Shown: in pieces, positions 1 to 12,965 of the stretch
How the letters are laid out: every line of letters starts with the position of its first letter
Position numbering within the stretch: position 1 is the stretch's first letter
Assembly (NCBI GenBank): GCA_002104945.1
Contig: MCFH01000009.1
Coordinates: 930,001-994,000, forward strand
DNA length: 64,000 nucleotides
Direction of reading: 5' to 3'
Source of the DNA: Piromyces finnis finn
Taxonomy: Eukaryota; Fungi; Neocallimastigomycota
Translations under genes and position numbers: made by a program
Notes under the pieces: generated by a model
What the model saw: only the letters and a program-made list of their open reading frames with translations
What the model was told of the DNA's origin: nothing
Databases searched by the model: none

Positions 1-3000
1 TTATTAGATTCTTTTAAGTTATTATTTATTTGAAGTTGTTGATTTCTTAATTGAATAAGTAAAGAGGCAACTGTCATTAATGATATACGTTCAAAAGGAT
101 CGTAATTCCATGTTTTCTCTAAAATGTCCCACATTTTATTTGAATATAAAATATTATTTTCTAGTGAAAAGTTGTTAACTTTAAGTTTTGAAGGATATTT
201 ATCATGGATAATCATATATTCCACTTGAACTTCATTTATAATATCATAAAAAGGAATCTTTTGAAATATAATTTCATAGAAAAGACGACCAACTGAAAAG
301 ATGTCAGAGAAAATACTAATTTTTCCAATAACATTACTATAATCATTATTTTGATCAAAACTTTTAAAATCATCTAGATCTTCATTATTACTGAAATGAT
401 TTTTAATATTTTGTAGCTTATACTCTGAAAAAAGCTCTGGTGCCTTCCAACGAATTGCATCTGTAACTTTACATGGTATTGTCAACGTACTATTACTATT
501 TTAAATATATAATTATCATATATTTATTAATCAAAGTATTTTTTTTTTTCTTTTTACAATTCTTTTTTGTCATATACAATTTAAATTTATTATCATTCTT
601 CCCATAATTATACCTGTTAATTTGATTGGTTTGAAAAACACTTAATCCAAAATCACATATTTTAGGTTTTCCATTTTCTGTGATTAAAATATTATCACTT
701 TTAATATCACCATGAATAATATTATTTTGATGAAGATGATATAACCCAGTAATTATTCCATGCATAATTTGTAATTTTTGTTCTGGAGAAATATTTTTCT
801 GACTAGTATATGTTTTTACTGTACCTCGACTACAATATTCCGATATAATAGATGGGTATTGACTAATATGGCATGCACCATAGAATTGTAAAATATTTGG
901 ATGGCTTTTAATCCTACTCCATATCTCTATTTCTCTTAAAAATAATTCTTTTTCATTAATATGTAAATTATTATTAATTCCATTGCTATCAATTATTGTT
1001 TCTTTATAACATTCATTTGTTTCGAGATTTAGCGTTTTCTTTGCAACTAATGCCCCATTATATATACACTTTTGTACATAGCAATAACTTCCAGATCTAA
1101 AGATTTATTTATCAAATATTTTATGATATTATTATAATTTTATTATATATATATATATATATTTATACACATTGCTATATAGTAATTTTTTAATCCATAT
1201 TATTTATTAATATTTTAATGTGTACCCAATGAAAGCATCTTTACTTTCTAATACATCAATATTAGTTTCATCAATAAACCATGAAGGAAGAGTTTTAGTT
1301 TCATTTGCTACTTTTGATTTTCTTTTCATATAACCCAATAGCTTTATGGCTAGATCATAAAGTTTAGGATTAGCTTGTGAATGATTTACCATATTCATAG
1401 TTTTTACAATATATTCATATTCATTTTTTTTAAATATATCTATGATAGCTGAATTTGATTGACCTACTTACAAAAAAAAAAATTTCAATTTAAAAAAATA
1501 TCATCAATAATTAAACTATATATATGATACAAAAATTAGTTTAAATTAAATACTATTTGAACTATTAATCTTGGATTTTTCTTCATCATTATCTGTCATA
1601 TAAGGAATATTCTTCTCCTTATTATTATTATTATTTTCAACTGTATATATTGCATATTTTTTTTTTAAAAAAATTATAATAAAGAAAATAAAAAATACAA
1701 CTTTCTGATTATTTATTAATGTATAACTATAGTAATAATTATAATAAGTTATATATATAAAATATATAAATAAAATATAATACTGACCTTGAATATTATT
1801 GCCTTCTACTAAATTAATTTTGCTTAATGATCGACTACTATTTTCCATTATAATTTTCTTTTTATTTTTCATAATAATTGGACTATCTAATAACGATTAA
1901 TTATATATATATAACATGAAAAGTATTTTTTTTATAAAAGTATAAAAAAATCATTAAAGATTTACTGAATTCATTTTTATTATTTATTTATATTTCATAT
2001 TTACTTTCTATTGTTTCAATACTTCCTAAATTTTGAGATCTAGATAAAGAAATTGAAGTATTATTATTTGATGGATTTGGTACTTTTACTAACATTTTTT
2101 TATATAACTTTTCATCATTTTCCAATATTTCCTTATAATAGTTATATTCTTCTGCTCTTTCTAATTCTCTTCTTTTTTTACGTTCTTTTTCATTTTTTTT
2201 TCTTAATTTTTCTAACTCTTTAATTAGTTCATACTTTTGTTTTTGCATTTCTCTAGTTTTCTTTTTTATCTCTCTTTCTTTTCTTTTTGCTTTATCTTCT
2301 GCACTTTCTTCCTTTGGTTGAGTTTGTGGAAGGGCCGGAACATCTTTATTAAGGTTAGTAGTACTAATATCTTTTTGACTCTTAACATAATCATGTAATA
2401 ATGAAAAGGTATCAATTTGAAATTGTTTCATTATAAAATCTAATTCCTCTTCCAACTTAATAAATAATGGATGAATTATTTATTATAATACAATTTAAAT
2501 CAATGAGGTTTAAAAAAATAATATTATATATATAAACATTTTATAATAATTTTAAAATAAATAAATTTTTTATTTTTCTATTTTTCTATTTTTTTTTTTT
2601 TTTTTATTATTATTTTATTTTTATTTTTATTTTATGTATTATTACCCCATCCATTTTTTCATCATTTACTGACAAATACCATAATCGTTCAACAAAGTTT
2701 TTTGATTTTATTTTCTTTACATGGGCCATAAATTTTCTAGTATATTTATAAAAATGAATAATAACAGGAGGTATAGAACTTTCCAATTCATTTTTATAAT
2801 TACTATATGGATTAATTCCAGAATCACTTTCTTTATATTTATCTTTTTCCTTTGAAGAATGATGATTCTCTTTTTCTTTTTCCACTAATAATGCTTGATT
2901 TTCCGAAAATTTATATATTGAATCCAATTGTAAAGCTAAATCATTTAAATATTTCGCATGATTTTTATATCGTATAAAACTTGCGTTTAATTCATTACAA

Positions 3001-3064
3001 TATGAAATAATCGAGGAAACATTACCAATAATATCTAGATAGTCTATTATTTATATAATGGTGG

Positions 3065-3095
<31 letters not shown>

Positions 3096-3210
3096 TATAG
3101 ATTTTTTTGTATATTACAATGGAATATTCACAAATGAATTTTATAAATATACTAATTATTCAATATATATATTATTTAATTATTTATTATTTTATGATAT
3201 TACCTCCCAT
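1..3210 (-). CDS. Multi-exon protein kinase (TKL-like, non-RD) with N-terminal MLKL-like four-helix-bundle domain and charged coiled-coil linker; 3' end runs off the window
   Basis: Manual splicing with GT-AG sites in consistent phase. ATG GGA G|gt at 3210 joins to give MGDYLDIIGNVSSIISYCNELNASFIRYKNHAKYLNDLALQLDSIYKF...FYKYTRKFMAHVKKIKSKNFVERLWYLSVNDEKMD..EEELDFIMKQFQI. Kinase motifs: IG|SGSYCYV (G-loop), VAKK, LFLREIEIW (alphaC), HPNILQFYG, HGDIKSDN, DFG, IRWKAPE, SDIFSVG, W..DPFER. ORF-track pieces 2610-2927, 1988-2455, 1546-1872, 1207-1398 and 496-765 are exons of this one gene. Confidence 0.85.
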
Positions 3211-4717
3211 AATTACTTTTTAAAAACTTTATCCTTTATTATATATATGTATATATATATATTTTAATTTTAATGATAAATAACTATTTATTTTTTTTTT
3301 TTAATATATATATTTCGATTATATGCTTTTAATAACGATAGTATTGAAATGTAAATTTATTTAATTATTTCTATTAAATTTTTATAATTGAGTATACGTT
3401 ATAGAAAAAGCATAATTAATAAAAAAGACTCAAATGCTATTATTAAAATCAAGATTTTCAATATCTACAAAAAAACTTTTTTACAATATATTTAAATTAG
3501 AACTATAAAGTTTATATTTAATAAAATTAAATTATTAATTTCATACATTTTAAATAAAAACTGGAATTTTTAAACTTAAAAAGTATTGTATAAATTTATT
3601 ATCATAAAAAATTTGTGGATCTTACTTATATTCTCAACATTACTATTATAAAGATATTAGTCTTTTTTTAATATTTATTTATCTAAGCAAAATATAAATT
3701 CAAATTACTAAAACTTTGAAAAATAAAAAAAATAATAATACTAATTAAGTAGAAAATCCCAAAAGCAGAAAAAAAAAAGATATTTATTGATTTAGAATAA
3801 ACATATTTTAACTTTACCACAACATAAAGATTTTAACTTCATATATCATCGATAATATACCATTGTATTATATAAATTAATACTAAAATAAATATTCCTA
3901 ATAATTATTATTAAAAGATTAACTTTTAGAGTATAGACCTTATTAACGAATAATTGTTTCTTTAAAAGTATCTAATTTTCAATATAACAACCAAATCAAT
4001 TTTTTATTATATACTTTCAAAAACTCTAGGTATGACTTGAAGATTTAACTTAAAATAAAAATTCATATATACTTTTAAACATAAATTATATATGACACAT
4101 TTTTTTTTTTTTATTTTATTTTTATTTTTTTTTTTTTTTTTTATCATTATTACTATTATATATATCTTCATTTCCTTTTTTTTTTTTTTTTTATTATTAT
4201 TATTATTATCACTAATATTATATATATATTTTTTTTTTGAATTTTATAAATTTTTTTTTAAAAAAAAAAAAAGTATTAAAAATATTTAAAATAAAAAAGA
4301 ATGTGATATTAAACATATGAGAATTGACATTTTCATATGCTATATATATTTATTATGAGAAAAAAAAAAGGTTAATTGAAAAGATAAAAAATGTTTTTAA
4401 GAAAGAATAATAAGGAAAAATTTAAATAGATTATTGTTGAAAAAAATTATGTAAATAAAAAAATATTTTCCCTTTATTGCTGTTGTATTTTTTTTTTTTT
4501 TTAGTTATTAAGTGTGAGAGATTTAAATTAAATTTTCTTTCTTAATTTCTTTTTTTTTTTCTTTTCATAAAGTATAAACACTCACTTTCATTCACCTTTC
4601 TTAAAAAAAAAAAAAAAATTATCAAAAGTTAAACATATACTTTATATCTCGCTTATAATTTGCAATATATCTAAATATCGTGAAATAAAGTTATAAAACT
4701 TTATTCTTTAAACTACT

Positions 4718-6341
4718 TTATAAATTTATTCCTTTCTTGGATAAAGTTTTTTCATTATATAAAGTATCCATTGAAATCTTCCTTGATAATTTCTTACTAA
4801 TAGAAATTTCACTAGTTTCACTTAATGTAGGTGATGGTGGTATTTGATTGCTTCCTACATTGGGTATCATTCCTTTTTCTTGATTGGAATATGGAATTGT
4901 TTTATCTAATTCTTTCTTTAACTGAGATGTAGAAAGAGATGAAACTTGTGATGGATGTGGATTGGATAATGGAGGTGACTATTTATTAATTAAAAAAATT
5001 AAAAATATAAATATGTTTAGTTTAACGATCATATATAATATAAAACAACTTTACTATTCTTACCATAACATTTAAATGAGTACTATTCATAGGACTACGT
5101 CTATCTGGTATATTACAATCAACTTCACTTTGATATATGCTTAGTATTTCTCCTATTATATCTAAGTGATTCAAATTTTTGAAAATAATTTTATAATAAT
5201 ATTGAATTAACATACTACTATTCAATAAAAATAAGTTTTATTAATTTACAAATAATATTTACTTTTCATTTCAATTTGATTAATAGAAAAAAGTGACCAC
5301 CAATCTCCCTTGCAATTAATTTGTTCTCCTATCATTTTTGAAGCAACATATAAAGCTGCTGCAACAATAACATTCCAACGATGTCTTAAGCATAATGTTG
5401 TGGTTAAGCTATTTTTTTTAAAATAAATATATATTTTTAATAATAATCTAATTAATATATTGCTTCGTATATTTAATATTCAATTCATTTTACTTTTGCT
5501 ATTATTATTAATAAGATAATGATATTTACCAGTCATTAATAATACAATATATATATTTTTTCAATTTGATTGAAGTGTTTAAAGTTTCTGTATATTCCTT
5601 AATATAAGTGCTTGGTAGTTCAATATTTAGGTCATAGCATATCGTTTGTAAAATTACCATTTCATTATGAATAATATTTCTTTTCCAAGTACCAAATTGA
5701 TCCCTTTCAACAAGATATTTGTCATCTTTCATACTTAATTTTGCACAAACGTTTACGATGTCTTCCATATGACGCATATCCTTTGATTCAAAATTTTTGC
5801 AAGCTAAAAATATACAAGCTGAAGCAATATCTTGATATTTATTTTCTTTAATAGATTTACGAAGATAGAATCTTTGTAAAAAGATAGATGCTGCTGCCAA
5901 TACATGATGTCTTAAATTTAACTTTGAGCAAGCAATTTTTATAAATTGAATTGCTTTTACTAAATCTTCATTATTTGACTTTATTATAGATTGTAATTCA
6001 TTTTTTGTATAAAGCCAAGAATTTCTTCTATAAACACTTTTCTTTTGTTCATCTTTTTTAATAATTTCTAAATAATTACTAACATTGTCCAAGTTTTTTG
6101 ATAAAGGTGATTTAACATTACTGGAATACCTTATACTCTTTGGTTTTAATAATGATTTACTTGTTGAAGTAGCTGATGATGGGGGGGTTGAAGTTGATTT
6201 TACGTATTTATTTTGATATACATTTTTATTTACAGTTCGTTGTTTTAATTTTGCATCATATGCAGATTTTGATTTCGGATTATATGGATAGTATTGATTG
6301 TTTTGATATAGATTGTTTTGACATTGTGATTCACTTTTCAT
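4718..6341 (-). CDS. Transcriptional cyclin (cyclin K/T, Ctk2/Pch1-like), multi-exon
   Basis: ORF 5526-6341 has a cyclin box (SWLYTKNEL...FIKIACSKLNLRHHVLAAASIFLQRFYLRKS...ASACIFLACK...EMVILQTICYDLNIELP). The next exon gives LTTTLCLRHRWNVIVAAALYVASK..WW. The last exon is Ser/Pro-rich and ends in TAA at 4718-4720. Confidence 0.85.
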
Positions 6342-8580
6342 AATGATTTTTTTTATAAAAGATTTTTTGTATAAAGTTTTCTTATTTACTTTTTTAAATT
6401 AATAAATTATACTAAGAGTAAATAAATAAACTTTTTTTTGTTCTATTTAATACTTTTTTTTGTTTTGTTTATGTTTTTGGAAAATAATAGGAATATTTAT
6501 TATTTAATAAAAAAGATAAAAATTAATACCAAATGATATATTAATTTCTTTAATTAGATCTTTTTCTAAATATCTTTTTATTAATTTATAAATTTTACTG
6601 GTTTGATTGATTACACCATTTTTTCAATATTTTCTATATGTTTATTGTCCTAAATATTATTTATTTAAAAAGACTAATATTTATTTATTTCAACTATATT
6701 TATTCCTTTTTTTATAATCAATTGCTGTATTATATCAATAAAATTTCCCTCTTTATTATTAACTAAATCCCATGTTTATTGCTTTAATTATATTTTCCTC
6801 TTTCTTTTCTTTTTACTTTTATTAATATCATTTTTGTATTAAAATCATCATATTTATTATATATAAATAAAATTATTTATAGTTACCTTTAAAAAAAAAA
6901 ATGAAAAGATATTTGTATTACAAATAACAAAAAGAAAATAAACGATTTAAAACTATTTACTATTATATTTTATTGATGATATATTAAATATTATAATTAT
7001 ATTGTTTATATGAAAAAATATAAATAATATTGTATAATATTTATCTCACAAATAATATTGATTTATTAGATTATCTTCTACTCTATTAGAAAATTAATAG
7101 ATTTATCTATTGTTTTTATTGTTTTTATATTTCTTTATTATATAATAAAAAAAATTATAATAGAAAAATGTTTTTTTTTCTATTTACTTTTTTTGTCTTT
7201 TGTATATGAACGTGTAGTAATAAAAATAAAAAAATTGGTATTTAATTTTTCTTTTCTTTTTTTTTAATGAATACAAGTTGAAGTTAAAACTTATTTTTTG
7301 TATTTGTTTTATTAAGAAAATAAAAATTAAACCTTTTTTTTTATGTTATTAATATTTATGTAATTATTGAAACATGTAATTATTTTTTAGAAAAAAATAA
7401 ATTATAAAATATTTTATCTTAGCAAGTATAGGAGAGATATAATTTATGTTTATTAAAAAGAAAATAACAAGGTTTATACTGTTGATATTCAAATTGGTCA
7501 ATATTTGAAGAATAAAAAGTATAAATTATTTTTTTTTTGGTTTTTTTTCTTTTTAAGAATAACTATATAAAAAAAAATGTGTATTTTATTTATGTATTTA
7601 TAATATGAAGTAATTTTTTCTTCTTTTTTTTTCTATTTTACTTTTATATATTTATATATATAGATTAGAAAATAAAAAAAATAATTGAAAAATAATGAAA
7701 ATATAAAAAGGAGAAAAAAAATAAAAATATTTATTCAATATTTTTTAATGTGTTTACTTCAAAATATGTAAATGACAAGTTTATGTTATATATATAAATT
7801 TTATAAAACTAAAATTTATATTTAAATATATTTTTATATAGTTTATAACGAAATGAGGTGTATAGAAATAAAAAAAAAAAAATTTTGAAAAAAAAAATTT
7901 CATAATATTTAAAAAATTTCTTTCTATATAATAATAATATTAATAATAATAATAATAAAAATAGTCATTTAATTTTCTAAATGATTTTAGTTTATTATTA
8001 ATAAATATAAAATTATTTGTTATTTATTTAGAATTATATATTGAGCATATATTAATATTTAATAGTTTAATACTTTTAATATTAATACGTAATAAATACG
8101 AATTGAATGATTTTACAGGATAAATAATATATTCAATATATTTTAATAATTAAATAATAATCAACTTTACCAACCAACCCACATAAAATCATCCTAATAA
8201 TTAAAAAAAAATGAATAATAATCAATATTAATAAACATCACAATAATATATTAAATAAATCCATGTAATTAAAGTCTAATAATTATAAAGTAATTTTAAC
8301 TAATTTTTGGATTAGGATTTAAAGGACATGAGGCTAGTTATAGGATAGGATTATTTTATTATATTATTATAATGTATTAATATATGATATTCAATAATGT
8401 TTATTAATTTTAAATTATTATATAGAATATTATTATTTATAATAGTGGTTTAGGTAGCATTACAATTATTTCTATTATTATTAGCAGTAGTAGTATAGTA
8501 GTAGTAGTAGTAGATATTATAATTATTGAATTATAGATATTGACACCTTTTTTATAAACACTCTTTGATATTATTCAAAG

Positions 8581-8583
8581 TAT

Positions 8584-8646
<63 letters not shown>

Positions 8647-8663
8647 CTTATTTATTTATTTAC
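8581..8663. repeat. (TATT)n microsatellite
   Basis: About 20 near-perfect TATT units read directly. Confidence 0.95.
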
Positions 8664-9042
8664 ATAGCCATATAAAAATTTTTTTAAGGAACAATAAATA
8701 TTATTAAGGTGTTTCTAATCATTTATTTTATTAATAAATTATTTTGTATTCATTATTGTATTAAATCATTATATTATTATATTGTATAGTATATAAATTG
8801 ATTTATATTTTTATATTATAATATAATGATTATATTGATAATATATTTATAATATAAACAAATTATTTTTCAATATATGTATATATCTTTTCTTAATGGC
8901 CAATTATAAAAATAGTTTATTATAATATATTGGTATATATTAATAGAATTCAAATAAATTAATATTACAATATTTAGAAACTAAATCCTTTTTTTTTAAA
9001 AAAAAACTTATCAAAAATTATTATTATTATTAATTAAAAAAT

Positions 9043-9198
9043 ATTTAATTATGTAGTATTATTTATTATTATTTGTATCAATATAATACAATATACTATT
9101 TATTGATAATAATAAAAATTATTTAATTATGTAGTATTATTTATTATTATTTGTATCAATATAATACAATATACTATTTATTGATAATAATAAAAATT
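9043..9198. repeat. Direct tandem duplication of a 78-bp AT-rich unit (2 copies)
   Basis: The unit atttaattatgtagtattatttattattatttgtatcaatataatacaatatactatttattgataataataaaaatt starts at both 9043 and 9121. Confidence 0.9.
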
Positions 9199-10229
9199 CT
9201 ATAATAATTAATATAAATTCAATTCATTATAATTGTTGTTGTATATCATCCTTTTTTTTTACTTTTTAATTATTAGCAATAGATAATTTGTATACAATAT
9301 ATAATTTAGAATAATTTATTATAAATACAATTTAAGCATTATATAATATATGAACAATATATTATTAAAATTATATAATATATTGGAAAGTAAAAAGGAT
9401 TATATAGCCATTTAACAAACTATTTCATATTTAAGATAGGAAAACTTTAAAAGGCATCTTTTTTATCTTTATAAAAACTTATTACATCATCAGTACATTA
9501 CAATACATTTTCATATTAAATTAAATACATCAATGGAAAATAGGACATAAATCATACTTTTTTTTTTAGTATTTGTTACCAAATAGATTAAAATAGTATA
9601 GTTTTCAATGTATCGTCAATTAATAGAAATAAAACAATATTCATTTTATTTTATATTGCCTACCTATATTTTATATTACTTTCAATAATTTTAATGTATA
9701 TATAAATAAATAAGAAATACTAAATGTTAAAGTTTTTCACCATAAAATATAAATAGTAATTTGTATAATTAAAACAACATCAAAATAAATTTAATCCACT
9801 ATAAAAATATAAATCTTGCCTTCAATAAATTTGTTTTTGTTTTTCTTTTTGTTTTTATAATTTCTGTATTTCATTATTTCCTTTTTTTTTTAAATAGTAA
9901 ATATATTTATAAAAATAAAAGATGGGTTATTTAAATCTTAAAATAAATCTAATTATATGTTATTAATTAATGTTTTTTTTTTTAGAAAATAAATATTAAA
10001 GTATGTGATGAACATAATCAACTAAATGTTAATCTAATTCTTTAAAATTTTGTAGGATTTAAATTATAAAATTTTACCCTAAAATAATCTTAAAATTTAA
10101 ATTTTAATATTTTAATTAAATTAAAATTCTAACTCAAATTTTATTGTAATATTTAGGTTATTTTTTTTTATTTTTATTTTTATGTGTTATTTGTTATTCT
10201 TTTAATTTTTTACGATTTATATATTTAGT

Positions 10230-10451
10230 ATATTTAGTATCAAATTGACTATAAGAGGCTTAGCATTGTAGTTGTGAAATATCGTACAACGACATGCATC
10301 TAATGTACATGGATTAAGTGATCGTCGAAGCTGAAGAAACAGTATGACAGACCAGGAGGGTCACAACCACCTAGCAATAGGAATGAGCCAACGTTTCTCT
10401 AAGAACCACCATTGGAGCTAACTCTGATCGATGGGAGAAATGCACTCGGAA

Positions 10452-10487
<36 letters not shown>
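10230..10487 (+). mobile_element. Short retroposed insertion (SINE-like or 5'-truncated non-LTR retrotransposon) with poly(A) tail and 13-bp target-site duplication
   Basis: 87 of 200 bases are G+C over 10251-10450 (~44%) against very AT-rich flanks. A33 tail at 10455-10487. TTATATATTTAGT occurs at 10217-10229 and again at 10488-10500. Confidence 0.8.
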
Positions 10488-10489
<2 letters not shown>

Positions 10490-12965
10490 ATATATTTAGT
10501 GGTTATAAAATAAATGAATATGGATGGAATGTTAATAATATTTATTATAAATATCTAAAAAATAATAATGTATTTTCATAATGAAATTAGGGTTGGGTTT
10601 GGTATGTAATATTACATTTTTTTATTTCTTAATACATTATAAAAAGTTTCTATAAATAACTTCAATTAAAAAACAATAAAACTTCAAACCTAAAATTTCT
10701 TAGTATTACACTGTATAAATATATAAATAATCGAATATTTGATTTAAAACTTTAATACATTTATAAATTATAAAATTTAATATTTAGATTAAAATTAACC
10801 ATATCCAAAGATGTAAAGATACTAATTGATATATGGTTGATATATGATTATAATAAAAGCAATAGCATTGATAAAGATCATATAAATAACATTTATTTAA
10901 TTGCTCAGTTAATACATATAATAAAGTAAAAAAAAAATATTGTATATATTATTCTATTAGGTAGATTTCATTTAATTAATACTTTAGTTCAACTATTTTA
11001 ATCCTATGATATTTTATTAGAAAAATATTTACATTAAAAATTGCATATTTATTAATATTGAAAAAAAAAACAAAAAAGAAAAAGAATATTTATTAATCGA
11101 AATTAAATTAGATACTAAAAGTATTTATATTTTTATTAGAAATATCATTTCTTTTTATATTTTTTTTTTGCTTCAAATTAAACCGAGATAATGTGACACA
11201 AAATATTATGAAATAATAATTAAGGAAATTTATTTTTTTAAATTAAATATGAATTTTTTTCATATCAACAATTAATTTAAATTTAATATAATTGATAAAT
11301 AATAAAATTAAATGAAAAAGAGAAAATATCGAAGCAGTCTACATATAAATGTATTATAATCTACTTGGAATAATTTACAAAATAAAACCAATTCTATATT
11401 AAAAAAAAATTACAATTAATCTATTAAAATAATAATACTAATAATAAAATGTAAATCTTAAATTTGAAAAAAAAAATTCTGTTGCATTATATAATACAAA
11501 TAATATTTTAAATTTAATTGGCTAATGTAATACATCATTAATTTAATAAATTCTATATTAAAAATTTAAAATAAAATAGAATTTTAAAAATTTAAAAATT
11601 CTATGATTTTATTCCTTAAAAAAATAATAATTAATATTTATATATATTATAATATTAATTATTTAATAATTCTTTCAAATAACTATAAAAAAAAAAACTT
11701 TTTAAATTATAAAGAAAATATACTCTATACAAAATTTAGATGCAACACTAATTAAAACATTTGCTAACAACTAGAATTTAATTTTATTTACAACGACCAT
11801 CATCTATCTTTTGAAATAATTGTTAATAAAATTTATATTAACTAATATATTGTCACAAAAAGCTAAAAATGTTTAATTTTTTTATATTAATATAAATCAA
11901 TCTCAAAATTTATTATTTGAGTTTGAAAAATCTAATAAGGAGTATTATTTAAATTCTTTTATGTTTTTTTTTTTTTTATAATAGTAATAATAACAACAAC
12001 AATAGGTATATATTACTATAGAAATGATAAAAAGGAATAAAATAAAAATAAAAAAAATTAATATTGAATATTTTGTCGGGCCTAATAAAATGAGGTAGTA
12101 CTAAATTGTATTACATTAATATAAGTATAGTTTAATATTTTATTATACATTCAATAATTATTTTAAATATCAATAAAAAAATAAAGAATAAGTTTCTTGC
12201 ATTTGAATAATTCTAAAAAAAAAAAGGGATAAGGATTCAATACAAAGACTATTAAATTAAAGCCAATAAGGCTTTTATAAAGTGTAGATGATGTAGTACA
12301 AAAATTATCAGGAAATGATATTATGAAAATCGTATATATATAATGTCAACTTGACTTATTTTATAGTTCCATTGACATTTACTCTCTTTGCGAATAAAAA
12401 TAAAATAAATTTCCTTACAATTCTATTTATAAAATAATTAATATCAATATAAACTTTATAATAGTATAGTTTTAATATATCTAATTCCATGGAATTTAAA
12501 AAAAATCAATGAGCTGACTATAGAGTATTCATTATTTTTTTATTATTACCAAATAGTTAGTGTAATAATATTCAAAAAAATAACTGATAAACAATTATAA
12601 AATTATCAACTACGACTTTAAAAATTTGAAAATGTTTATCTTTTTCATAAAATAAACTTATTAAAAATTTTGATACAATGGTTTTAATATATATAACGAA
12701 AACTACTTACTTTATTAAGCCATTATCCTATTGATGTTCTTGTTTAAGTTTTCTTTATTTTTTAAAAATATTTTTATTCTTTAATATAGGTTTATATTAA
12801 TATATGTTAATAAGCAAAATAAAATTATTTTATTACATATACGAAATTTATAATTTTTAATATATTTATATTTATAGTGCCTATTACTATTTTTCTTATT
12901 TTGTTTCATTTTTAAAACAATATTAAATATATATATATATATTTAATATTTATAGTTCAAACCAT

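Noticed and set aside
3058-4289. ORFs 3058-3267 and 4092-4289 on the + strand
   Set aside because: Low-complexity poly-A/T translations; the first is antisense to intron 1 of the kinase.
10330-10440. CTGAAGA, GCTAA and GGAGCTAAC motifs suggesting a hammerhead, HDV-like ribozyme or RNase MRP CR-V in the retroposon
   Set aside because: I could not build the required flanking stems (hammerhead stem II/GAAA, HDV P1/P1.1) or find the MRP CR-I partner; an Infernal scan is needed.
10587-10603. TTAGGGTTGGGTTTGG telomere-like/G4-like tract
   Set aside because: Only one canonical TTAGGG; too short to call an interstitial telomere.
12230-12340. Coding-like stretch (..SVDDVVQKLSGNDIMKIV)
   Set aside because: In-frame stop, no recognisable motif or splice context; cannot be supported as a gene or pseudogene.
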